From a virus: a DNA stretch of 64,000 bases. Within the stretch, counting starts at the first letter, position 1. Every line of letters starts with the position of its first letter. Location: IMG/VR virus record IMGVR_UViG_3300008108_000044, positions 1-64,000 of that record; one strand, written 5' to 3'. The translations under genes and the position numbers were made by a program. Shown piece after piece: positions 26,469 to 35,802 of the stretch. The notes beneath the pieces were generated by a model. It did no database searches, had not been told where the DNA came from, and was given only the letters and a program-made list of their open reading frames with translations.

Positions 26469-28853
26469 TTATTCATACAATCTAGGATTGTCTCCTTTTT
26501 TCAGGGTGTTGGACACATACTGTTCAGCACCCTCTTTGTATGTCATGATATTTTCAATATCATCTAAAACAATTCCTAAAAATTGTGGTTTTAGAATGTA
26601 GATATTTCTTTTTTTGTTTTCCTCTATCTCTTCATATTCATAGTTTGATACGGGAACGCAAGATTCTAAACCACTAATTTCTTCTATTTGTGAAGATCGT
26701 GAATCAAAATAAACTGTACCATAAGTTAATCTCTTTCTCCAGTTAAATCCGTCAAATTTCCATTCCTGTCCTGCTCTTTCAAAAACCTCATTTACTTGTG
26801 GAGTATAAAGTGGACCTGGTTTGCTGAATATTAGATCTGGTGGTGTATTATATCCTCTTCCTGGATTGGTTAATGTGATTTCTATTACACCACCATTTTC
26901 AGTTTTTAATGAAGCTGTTGCTGTAATTGGAGGCAGTGGATTTTCAATTACTGCTGTTGGCGCAGTTCTATAGTTGTAACCTCTGTCAACTACTATGACC
27001 TCATCTACTTGTCCATTTTTAATGATTACATATCCAGTTGCAGTTCTGTGTGGAATTGGTGGAGCAATATAAATGTTTGGTGGATCACCTTGCAAGTAAC
27101 CAGCACCACCCTTTGTAACTGTTATGGATACTATTTTTTCTGAAGTAGTTGTTCCAACACCAACTGTTGCCGTTGCTGTTGCTGTAATATCTGTAGTATA
27201 TTTGTAAAGTTTTCTATTATTAGTTCCACCAACAATGAATAGTGTTTCTGATGGATTTGCATATGCTTCTAGTGGGAAGGGATCACCACTGTCTGTTTGA
27301 ATATTACGAGTTCCTATGAGAGTAAATGTGTCTAGATCCCAATTTGACCCAAGTTCTAATACGTGCATTGATCTGGTGATAGATCCAGAAACATATAGTT
27401 TTGATCCATCATCCTTAAATGCAAAACCATTAATTAATGATTCTCCACCGATTAATGTTTGAATATTGATTTGTTGTACTGGTAGTGGATAGATCGTTGT
27501 AACATCCCAATCCACAAACATTGAATATTTTTTGATTGTATCTGGATCTTGTGTATCTATAATGAATAAGTGAGTTCCATCGTCTTGTAGTCTGACTCCA
27601 GACGATGTGGGCATACTGATTGCTCCAGCAACAGTTGCTGTGCTTATATCCCAGTCAGTAGACAAGTCATATTGTGCAATTTTAAAACCAGAGTTTGTTA
27701 AACCACATAAGTACATTCTCGATCCATCTGGTTTAAATTCTATACCAGTAATATAAAGGAAGGATGCCCCACCAAAATTCATTGTTCTATCTGCAATTTT
27801 TGTTCCACTTGTAATGTCATATGCAGATGATAATTCGTAATGTTCAATTACTCCACTGGTGTATGCACTTGCTCCATGGCAAGTGTAAACTCTAACACCA
27901 AGAGCATCCATAAAATATCCTTCAAATCCAGATTCAACTACAAAATTGGAGTCTGTAACAAATTGTGCGCTACTAATTACATCTGGGGGAGGATCAATTA
28001 CAATTGTTGGTGTAAACGTATAACCGTCTCCTGGATTTGTAATTACAATTGAAGTTATAGATCCACCTGCACTGACAACTGGTACTAATGTTGGTGGGAA
28101 TGTTGGCGGTGGATCACTAAATGTAATTGTTGGTTGGAATGTGTAACCTGTACCATTATCGATAATAGTAATTAAACCTACTTCCCTATCATCTGGAGGT
28201 ACGTTTAATGCAACATCAACAACACCTTTTCTTGGATTTGGTGGTGGAGTAATTGTTACTGATGCAATTCCAGTGTATCCTGTTCCTGGATTTGTAATTA
28301 CTACAGAGGTAACCTCACCACTATTTGAATTAACTGTTGCAGATCCTACGGCAAAGTCTCCAGGAATAACTGTTGGAAGTTGTACGTTTGGATCCAATTC
28401 AACTTCATATTCTGGTGCTTTATAAAATCCTTCATTAACTCTTTTTCCACCCTCAACTATAATATAATCTTCTTTGGTTCTGACTTCTTTTGTCTCATAA
28501 TGATGAATTCCCGAGTATAATTCTTCGTAACTTCCATACTTTTGAAGTAAATGTTCATTGAATGCATACTGTGTTTTTGGCCATTCATCATAAACATTAT
28601 TAATGTTATTTGCTAGTAAAACTAACCAATCTAGTGTTGGGTCATTATAAATTTTATCTGCTACTTGATCTGGTCTTTCATCTCCAAGAACAGTATACTT
28701 TTCAAAAAAAGATACGTTTTGGAAGATATCTTCTCTAATTTTTGCTCTTTTAAAAAGATTTTTTACAATAGTGTAATCTGATATGGAATTTTTATCCAAT
28801 TCTCTTGATACATATTCAAAATTAGGAACTTTTTTAAAATATTCTTGTGTCAT
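26469..28853 (-). CDS. gp53: Baseplate wedge protein gp53 with large internal insertion
   Basis: N-terminal YF...KNLFKR...ERPDQVA..Y....DW..L.N, HHYET; C-terminal VSNYEYE..NE.KR.IYILK. Confidence 0.8.
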   Translation of the reverse strand: MTQEYFKKVPNFEYVSRELDKNSISDYTIVKNLFKRAKIREDIFQNVSFFEKYTVLGDERPDQVADKIYNDPTLDWLVLLANNINNVYDEWPKTQYAFNEHLLQKYGSYEELYSGIHHYETKEVRTKEDYIIVEGGKRVNEGFYKAPEYEVELDPNVQLPTVIPGDFAVGSATVNSNSGEVTSVVITNPGTGYTGIASVTITPPPNPRKGVVDVALNVPPDDREVGLITIIDNGTGYTFQPTITFSDPPPTFPPTLVPVVSAGGSITSIVITNPGDGYTFTPTIVIDPPPDVISSAQFVTDSNFVVESGFEGYFMDALGVRVYTCHGASAYTSGVIEHYELSSAYDITSGTKIADRTMNFGGASFLYITGIEFKPDGSRMYLCGLTNSGFKIAQYDLSTDWDISTATVAGAISMPTSSGVRLQDDGTHLFIIDTQDPDTIKKYSMFVDWDVTTIYPLPVQQINIQTLIGGESLINGFAFKDDGSKLYVSGSITRSMHVLELGSNWDLDTFTLIGTRNIQTDSGDPFPLEAYANPSETLFIVGGTNNRKLYKYTTDITATATATVGVGTTTSEKIVSITVTKGGAGYLQGDPPNIYIAPPIPHRTATGYVIIKNGQVDEVIVVDRGYNYRTAPTAVIENPLPPITATASLKTENGGVIEITLTNPGRGYNTPPDLIFSKPGPLYTPQVNEVFERAGQEWKFDGFNWRKRLTYGTVYFDSRSSQIEEISGLESCVPVSNYEYEEIEENKKRNIYILKPQFLGIVLDDIENIMTYKEGAEQYVSNTLKKGDNPRLYE

Positions 28854-28855
28854 CT

Positions 28856-30397
28856 TTAGTAACCGATTGAGTGGTTTGAAGTATCATAATCTGAAGAGTA
28901 AATTGGTTCTAATTCCATGAATTGTAAATTGATTGTATATGAAAGCATGGCAGCATCTTCAAATGATACATAACTTCCATCTGGAGTATAATCAACGGTG
29001 CAAGATTGAAGAGCACAATCTTTTATTAAGTTTATACCACCATGATTTTCTTTATCGTTATGATAATATGTAATACCAAAGACATTGGGTGCTTTTAAAT
29101 ACAGTTCTGAAGATGTTGTTGCAGCTGCCATATTTCTTTTAAAAAAGTTGATGATTTTTTTTACCATTTCACCTTCAGGTTTTGATCTGGGAGTAAGTTT
29201 AAATTGAAAATTAAATGCTCTTAACTGTGGTCCTTGGAATAAAAGCTCTGTATTTGGATTAAATACTGCACCACCTAATTTAGGTAAAACTTGAACACCA
29301 ACTGCTTGTTCTGTAAAATAAGCAATAATTGCTTTTTGAACATCGTCAGAATATCCTTGACCCGTATTAACCGCAGCACTAACCGCATTTTTTATTCCTT
29401 CAAGTCCTTTATCTATTCCTGAGATTGCTATAGAGGAACCAACAACTTGTGCTGGATTAAAAGTTTCTTCATTCCATCCAACAGTATTTGTATCTGTGAT
29501 TCCAGTTTGAAATGGTAAAATAACAGTTTCCGTTGTAGATTGATTTTGTCTATCTCTTGTAGTTACTGCATTTTGACCTGTCCCGATTGTACTAGAAAAT
29601 CCAAAAGTACTATTGTTAAATGTTTTGTTACCATATTTTTTAGCAGAAAATTTTATATAATCCATTCCCTGTGTCCATTTTACTGGATATCTTAATCCAC
29701 CACTAATGGTGCCATCAGGATTTTTTCTCTCCTTATTTGATTCTGGAATTGTGGCTCTATTATCAGTTATGTCAGTGAGCACTCCACCAATATCATTGGT
29801 TATTGATTGACCCAGTTGAGTGGCGCTGGCACCCCGATTGGTGGTATCAGGATTATCTCCATCACCGCCACTCTGCTGTTGCTGCTGTTGGCCCTGTCCA
29901 CCTGGTCCGCTGCTAGGTGGAGTTCCGATTGGACGATTTGATCCGATTCCATTATTTGCAGTAAACCTGGTCCCTATAACAGACCTTGCGGCAGCAATTT
30001 GTGGATCATTTAACGATTGTCCTGTACGACCAATACTGTCCTGATTAATGGTATAATCTACTGATCGATTAAAATTTTGTGCAGTAGTTCCGTTATTGTT
30101 TATTGAATTAACTAATGTTGAACTTCCTAAAGTTTCTGCATATCGTGTTGAATGCCACCTGTTATCTCTTCCATACACAGCGATTGTGTTATTCATATCT
30201 AGATCTTCTGCTTGACGAAGAGCATTATATGTTTGCCTAATAATCCGAGTTTCTCCAGTTCTAGGAACAAAAACAGATCTATACTGTATATCGTTTGTAT
30301 TTGGCAAAGATTGTACTGGAGATATTAATATTTCAGTACCATCTGAACCATTTCTATTGTTATTAATGGTTCCTGCTGTTGTGCGGAGTATAGTCAT
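28856..30397 (-). CDS. gp48: Baseplate tail tube cap gp48
   Basis: LRYP, NPNTELLFQGP.LR.FNF.F...P, C.L....VDYTPDG, F.ELEP. Confidence 0.85.
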   Translation of the reverse strand: MTILRTTAGTINNNRNGSDGTEILISPVQSLPNTNDIQYRSVFVPRTGETRIIRQTYNALRQAEDLDMNNTIAVYGRDNRWHSTRYAETLGSSTLVNSINNNGTTAQNFNRSVDYTINQDSIGRTGQSLNDPQIAAARSVIGTRFTANNGIGSNRPIGTPPSSGPGGQGQQQQQQSGGDGDNPDTTNRGASATQLGQSITNDIGGVLTDITDNRATIPESNKERKNPDGTISGGLRYPVKWTQGMDYIKFSAKKYGNKTFNNSTFGFSSTIGTGQNAVTTRDRQNQSTTETVILPFQTGITDTNTVGWNEETFNPAQVVGSSIAISGIDKGLEGIKNAVSAAVNTGQGYSDDVQKAIIAYFTEQAVGVQVLPKLGGAVFNPNTELLFQGPQLRAFNFQFKLTPRSKPEGEMVKKIINFFKRNMAAATTSSELYLKAPNVFGITYYHNDKENHGGINLIKDCALQSCTVDYTPDGSYVSFEDAAMLSYTINLQFMELEPIYSSDYDTSNHSIGY

Positions 30398-30398
30398 T

Positions 30399-31043
30399 TT
30401 ATGGTCCTTTGAAGTCCTGATCGTTTTGACCGTATCCCTTATATATTCTTGACCCCCTCAACATATTTCTAAAGGATTTGTTATTTTGTTTCCAAATATC
30501 TTCCAAAATTAAATCATTCTCTTGACCATCTTTAATAGATACAAATCCTTCTAATGGTAGGTTAGCAACAGTAGTCCACTCACTAAAAGCAATATCTAAA
30601 AGTAGACCGTCGATTCGGCTTATTATATATTTAGATATCGAATTCCAAGGAAGTGTTAATTTTCCTTGCTGTAAATTTTCAATTACAAATTTTCTTTTAA
30701 TTGGATGAATATAATGTAAATTACAACCCATAAAAGATCTTCCATCAAAAGAAATGACGTATACAAGTGGGAAAGGATCAAATATTTTTACATCTTTTTT
30801 AAATGGGGGATTGTATTCAAACATATAAATATGTCCTTGCCTTGGAACTCTTCTTAGTAAGTTCTCGTCCTGCTCTTCTTCATCTTCAGCATTATCTGCT
30901 CTCTCATCCAAAATCATTTTTTTGGGATTTGATAGATATTTTCTAGTTAATCTTCTAAATGCTCTTCTATAGAAAAAGGGAGACCTTCCTTTTTCTATAT
31001 CAACCTCTTCTTTTAATTCTTCAAAAAGAGTTTTTTTTGCCAT
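30399..31043 (-). CDS. gp2: DNA end protector protein gp2-like
   Basis: G.IYMF.Y, D.FPLV, G.NLHY; synteny with gp4. Confidence 0.7.
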   Translation of the reverse strand: MAKKTLFEELKEEVDIEKGRSPFFYRRAFRRLTRKYLSNPKKMILDERADNAEDEEEQDENLLRRVPRQGHIYMFEYNPPFKKDVKIFDPFPLVYVISFDGRSFMGCNLHYIHPIKRKFVIENLQQGKLTLPWNSISKYIISRIDGLLLDIAFSEWTTVANLPLEGFVSIKDGQENDLILEDIWKQNNKSFRNMLRGSRIYKGYGQNDQDFKGP

Positions 31044-31487
31044 TTATTTGATTCCTAATTCGTCTTCTGTGATTATCTTGAATTCTAATAATCTATCTTT
31101 ACACCATTCTTCTGCAGCTCTCCATTTTGCTTTATTTACTTCATATGTTTTTGCTTCGTAAATAAAATTTTTGGTCACTCTTGATTTTCTTTGAGGTGGC
31201 ATTGTTTGCCGTTTAGGTTTTACCTCAACCACATAAGTTTTTATTCTTCCAGTAGATTCTTTTACCTTTATAATAAAATCTGGATAATATCGATGCACTT
31301 TTTTATCTATTGGAGATATGTATGGTATAAAAAATTCTTCACTTGCCCACTCTAAAATATTTTCATTTAAATCACACCAAGAACAAAATTTTCTCTCCCA
31401 ACTACTTCTACACACAATATTGTTAGGATTTCCTTTGTATTTTTGTGGATACGATGGTTTGTACCGACTTTTAATACTTTCGTTCAT
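31044..31487 (-). CDS. gp4: Head completion nuclease gp4
   Basis: KYKG, RSSWE, W.SEE..IPY, RYYPDF, EVKP, N.AKW.AA. Confidence 0.92.
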   Translation of the reverse strand: MNESIKSRYKPSYPQKYKGNPNNIVCRSSWERKFCSWCDLNENILEWASEEFFIPYISPIDKKVHRYYPDFIIKVKESTGRIKTYVVEVKPKRQTMPPQRKSRVTKNFIYEAKTYEVNKAKWRAAEEWCKDRLLEFKIITEDELGIK

Positions 31488-31528
31488 TAAATTGGATACA
31501 TATATTATATAAGGTTAAAAGTATTTAG

Positions 31529-32464
31529 ATGGCAACCCCACCAAATCAATATGCTGTCAGTATGAATACCTTGAAAAGTAGGATTCTTAATCCTTCTTTA
31601 ACTTCTCATTATTCTGTTGTAATAGATCCTCCATCTACTGCACCGAACAATGGAACAACAATAACTGCTTTATATAAAGAAAAATATCCAGATCTTCCCC
31701 AATATGATAAAGGATTGATGGAATTGACATGCACAGAAGCATCTCTTCCAGGGTCTAATATGGGTACAATTGAGACCATGGACTATACTGGAGTTACTGA
31801 AAAACATGCATATCGAAGAATATTTGACGACACCATAGATTTTACTTTTATTGTAACCCAAGACTCTAATTATCACCAAATTAGATTTTTTGATTTATGG
31901 ATGTCTTACATATTAAGAGAAGGTGAAATCAGAGGACTCACTGATTTGAATAAAAATATTTACTATAGGGCAAGATATGCAGAAGATTATCAAGGAACCA
32001 TAGCTATTTCTAAATTTGAAAAAAATATGGGGTATAATAATACCTCACCAGTTCCAATTTTAACTTATAGATTTATTGGTGCATATCCAAAACAAATAAA
32101 TTCTATACCGATTTCATATGAAGCATCGGAATTGTTAAAAGTTACAGTATCTTTTACGTATACTCGTTATTTTGTAGATAGACAATTAATTAAGATTGGA
32201 GGAAGCAATTCTCCTGTACCTAGTCCACAAGCTCCAGCGAATCCTGCAGCGGCGCTACAAAATCCACAAGCACCATCAACACAATCCTGGAGGTATAGTC
32301 AGGCAGAACTTGAAGCATTTAGAGGAGCAGCTGCTTTATCATCAATCGCATCATCGCGTAATGCTGATAGATTGTTATCTGGTCAATCTGGATCATCAGC
32401 TGCAAATAGAATAGTTGATCAGAGTTACAATAGAGTTCTTTATGGATCTCCCACCCCACCTTAA
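31529..32464 (+). CDS. gp54: Tail tube initiator / gp19-gp54-like tail tube protein
   Basis: C.EASLPG, F..W, AYP..I....SY, V.F.Y; divergent from gp4. Confidence 0.65.
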   Translation: MATPPNQYAVSMNTLKSRILNPSLTSHYSVVIDPPSTAPNNGTTITALYKEKYPDLPQYDKGLMELTCTEASLPGSNMGTIETMDYTGVTEKHAYRRIFDDTIDFTFIVTQDSNYHQIRFFDLWMSYILREGEIRGLTDLNKNIYYRARYAEDYQGTIAISKFEKNMGYNNTSPVPILTYRFIGAYPKQINSIPISYEASELLKVTVSFTYTRYFVDRQLIKIGGSNSPVPSPQAPANPAAALQNPQAPSTQSWRYSQAELEAFRGAAALSSIASSRNADRLLSGQSGSSAANRIVDQSYNRVLYGSPTPP

Positions 32465-32498
32465 TAAATAATCACACTGAAACTTATATCAGAATATC

Positions 32499-33218
32499 AT
32501 GCCTTTACCTAAAATATCTACACCAACATATGAACTTGAATTGCCATCATCTGGAGAAACAATTCAATACCGACCATTTTTAGTAAGAGAAGAAAAACTT
32601 CTTGTCCTTGCACTAGAAAGTGAAGATACAAAACAAATTACTACTGCAATTAAAACAGTAATTAAAAGTTGCATTTTGACTAAAGGTGTAAAAGTAGAAA
32701 CACTACCAACTTTTGATATTGAATATTTGTTTTTAAACATTAGGGGAAAATCAGTTGGTGAAGAATTGGAAGTCAATGTTGTTTGTCCAGACGATGAACA
32801 AACATTAGTTCCAATTACAATTAGTATTGATGATATTAGTGTTAAAAAAAGCGAAGATCATGTAAAACAAATTAAAGTTGATGATAGTATTATGATGGAA
32901 ATGAAATATCCATCATTAGACCAATTTATTAAGAACAACTTTGATTTTGCTTCTGGTGGAACTGTTGAACAGTCTTTTGATTTGGTTGCTAGTTGCATTG
33001 ACCAGATTTATACTGAAGAAGAATCTTGGGCAACATCAGATCTTCCTAAAAAAGAAGTAGTTGAATTTTTAGATCAGATGAATTCTTCTCAATTTAAGCA
33101 GATTGAAAAGTTTTTTGAGACTATGCCAAAACTATCTCATGAAGTTAAAGTTAAGAATCCAAATACTGGAGTTGAGAGCACTGTAGTTCTGGAGGGACTA
33201 TCAAGTTTTTTCGCATAG
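32499..33218 (+). CDS. gp26: Baseplate hub assembly protein gp26
   Basis: MPLPKI.TP.YEL.LPS, YRPFLV.EEK.L, FL.IR.KSVGE, GL.SFF. Confidence 0.9.
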   Translation: MPLPKISTPTYELELPSSGETIQYRPFLVREEKLLVLALESEDTKQITTAIKTVIKSCILTKGVKVETLPTFDIEYLFLNIRGKSVGEELEVNVVCPDDEQTLVPITISIDDISVKKSEDHVKQIKVDDSIMMEMKYPSLDQFIKNNFDFASGGTVEQSFDLVASCIDQIYTEEESWATSDLPKKEVVEFLDQMNSSQFKQIEKFFETMPKLSHEVKVKNPNTGVESTVVLEGLSSFFA

Positions 33219-33229
33219 CCCTCTCGCAC

Positions 33230-33397
33230 ATGGATTTAGAGAATTATTATAAATTAAATTTTGCGTTAATGCAGTACCATAAATATTCATTAACTGAAAT
33301 TGAAAATCTAATTCCATGGGAGCGAGACATTTACGTTGCTCTATTGAAGGCTCATTTAGAAGAAGAGAAATTAAAGCAACAACAAAATGGCGGATAA
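33230..33397 (+). CDS. gp51: Baseplate hub assembly catalyst gp51-like (55 aa; not in ORF track)
   Basis: Manual translation MDLENYYKLNFALMQYHKYSLTEIENLIPWERDIYVALL... Confidence 0.8.
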   Translation: MDLENYYKLNFALMQYHKYSLTEIENLIPWERDIYVALLKAHLEEEKLKQQQNGG

Positions 33398-35801
33398 CCC
33401 AAAGCATGTAGAAAAATTTATATCTTATTCTTCTGTTCAGGCAAAACGTGGACTTTGGAGGTCCATTCTTGCTGATCGAATTGAGTATGCTAAGCATTTA
33501 ATTGCTAATAATTACAAGGTTGATCCAGATAGAGTAGTAAGTATATTTTTGTCTGCTTGGGATAAATCAACAAAAGATTATCCGTCTCCAAAATATGCTA
33601 GACCACAAAACTCAACAGAGTGGTTATCTTTTAATGAGTATATTTTATATCTTTGGAAGTATTATGTAGAAGACACTCAAGCAAGAAAAAAACCACCAAA
33701 AGAACCAGATCAAGGCACTACTGAAGATAAAAGTTCTAATAATCAGACACCTCCGCCAGGAAAGGAAAGATTATATGATGGTGTAGGAGAAGGTGATCTT
33801 GTTGATGAAGATGTTGATGAACGTATATTAAAATTATTGGGTATTGATGATGTATTCGATATTGATTATGCAACATATCTGTCTCTGTTAAGAGAAAGAA
33901 TGGCTGCTGCCAGAATGTCTGGTAGTAATATACCATCAGAAGAGGCAGAATTATTAACAAATGAATGGAAAAGGGTAAAGGGTAAAGTTGGAAGATTTAG
34001 AATCAGGAAAAAGAATGTAAACACTGAAGGATTCGGTGGTGGAGGACCTTTAGCAATAAGAACTGGATCATTTTTTGTTGCACAAAAAGTAGCATTTCCA
34101 GAAAAGACAGAACAAGATACTAAATTAGTTGGTCTTGCTGCAATCGCAGAAGATATTGCAGCAATTAGAAAATCTGTTGTGTCAATTGTAGATCTAATGA
34201 CTCAACAATTTTCAACGCTCCGAAAACAAATGGAGCAAGATAGGAGAAGGAGAGAAGGTAAACAACGCGCAGATAAAGAAAATTTATTAGAAAAGAGTGG
34301 AAAGGCAGCATTAGCATTAGCTAAAAAAATGCTGTCTCCTGTTCAAAGTTTACTTGATAGAATTATACAGTTTTTAACTACGGTTTTTCTTGGGCATCTT
34401 GTATTAAAACTTTGGAGATGGTTGGCAAATCCAGAGAACAAGGCAAAACTGGATACAATTTTAAGGTTTATAAAAGATTGGTGGCCTGCTTTACTTGCTG
34501 CTTTTGTTTTATTTGGCACTTCTGCTGGAAGTTTAATTAGAACTGTTATTGGAACACTAACTAAACTGACTATAACTATGGCAAGAAAGGGCATTCCAAT
34601 GCTCTTAAACTTCTTGCGTAAAAATCCTTATGTTGCTGGTGCATTAGCAGTCACTGGATTAGCGATTGCTGCAAATGAAATTACTGGACAAAAACAAGCA
34701 GCTCCACTCCAAGCAGATCAAAAAGCAAAAGCGCAAAGAGGGGAAGGTGTTTATTTAAGAGGAACAGATACTGGAATAGATAAAAGTCCAAGTGTTGGTG
34801 ATTTGGGTCCAGTTACTCCAACTGGAATGATTCAGGGCGCAAGTGGTGGTGGAAAGATTCTTAATCTTAAACCACAACCAACAAAACCCGAACCGATGCA
34901 ATTGGATGCGTTTACGGGTGGGGCACAAATAACAGAGGAGTCTGGAGTTCCAATCACTGGTGCAGGTAAAGATACGCAGTTAGTTGCTGCAAGACCAGGT
35001 GAAATTATCATATCAAAAGAAGCAGTAGACAAGCATGGAGCTAACTTCTTTTTAAGACTTAACAAGTCTGGTGGAGGAACCAACATTCCTAGAATGGTTA
35101 ATAATGTTCAACTTGCATCTGGTGGTGGATTGGTCGGTGGTTTTATGGATTGGTGGAATAAAGGTAGAAATGCCAGAGTTCCAAATGAAAATACTGCGAG
35201 ATTTGGAGGATTGCAACAGTATCTCAAAAAATCTCCAAACCCAATGACTTTATTTGGGGATGATAAACTTCAAATTACAAAATCAAATAAAGCATTTAAA
35301 TCTGGTGCTACTGGGTATAGAGGATGGAATCCATTTAAAGCATTTACTCCTAATATGGTAAAAACTGGTCCAACACCAGCAATTCGTCAAGCTGTTGAAA
35401 GACCAATAAGAGCAATTGCCCCACTTATTCCACAAGCTGGAAGAATGTTAAAAGTTGGTGGTGCTTTAGCTGGACCTTTATTGGATGCTGCTTTTCCAGA
35501 ACCAGCATTTAATCCTACTCTTGATGATGCAAGAAGGATGGGATTCCCAATGGGTCCACAATCTTCTTCTCCAAATAGAGTATTGCCAAAACCCAATACA
35601 AATTTATCTGCAAACATACCAGCACCACCAGAACATAAAATAACCATAACTACAGCAACTATAAATCAAGCAAAAAGAATTAAACAGGATAAATCTGTGG
35701 GAATGAGAGGAGTTAATGCTCCAGAAAAAACATATTATCCAAGTACAACTAGATCAAAACTTGCTTCAATCTACGGAATAAGAGGAGTGGCATTGACATA
35801 A
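33387..35801 (+). CDS. Putative baseplate hub / tape-measure-like structural protein
   Basis: Coiled-coil plus hydrophobic helices, G.D......PGE.I motif; lies after gp26/gp51. Confidence 0.55.
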   Translation: MADNPKHVEKFISYSSVQAKRGLWRSILADRIEYAKHLIANNYKVDPDRVVSIFLSAWDKSTKDYPSPKYARPQNSTEWLSFNEYILYLWKYYVEDTQARKKPPKEPDQGTTEDKSSNNQTPPPGKERLYDGVGEGDLVDEDVDERILKLLGIDDVFDIDYATYLSLLRERMAAARMSGSNIPSEEAELLTNEWKRVKGKVGRFRIRKKNVNTEGFGGGGPLAIRTGSFFVAQKVAFPEKTEQDTKLVGLAAIAEDIAAIRKSVVSIVDLMTQQFSTLRKQMEQDRRRREGKQRADKENLLEKSGKAALALAKKMLSPVQSLLDRIIQFLTTVFLGHLVLKLWRWLANPENKAKLDTILRFIKDWWPALLAAFVLFGTSAGSLIRTVIGTLTKLTITMARKGIPMLLNFLRKNPYVAGALAVTGLAIAANEITGQKQAAPLQADQKAKAQRGEGVYLRGTDTGIDKSPSVGDLGPVTPTGMIQGASGGGKILNLKPQPTKPEPMQLDAFTGGAQITEESGVPITGAGKDTQLVAARPGEIIISKEAVDKHGANFFLRLNKSGGGTNIPRMVNNVQLASGGGLVGGFMDWWNKGRNARVPNENTARFGGLQQYLKKSPNPMTLFGDDKLQITKSNKAFKSGATGYRGWNPFKAFTPNMVKTGPTPAIRQAVERPIRAIAPLIPQAGRMLKVGGALAGPLLDAAFPEPAFNPTLDDARRMGFPMGPQSSSPNRVLPKPNTNLSANIPAPPEHKITITTATINQAKRIKQDKSVGMRGVNAPEKTYYPSTTRSKLASIYGIRGVALT

Positions 35802-35802
35802 T

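Noticed and set aside
29820-29960. GC-richer poly-Gln/Gly stretch in gp48
   Set aside because: Low-complexity linker with no sign of a mobile element or intein
33201-33497. 98-aa minus-strand ORF in the track
   Set aside because: Shadow of the plus-strand gp51-like ORF and the start of 33387
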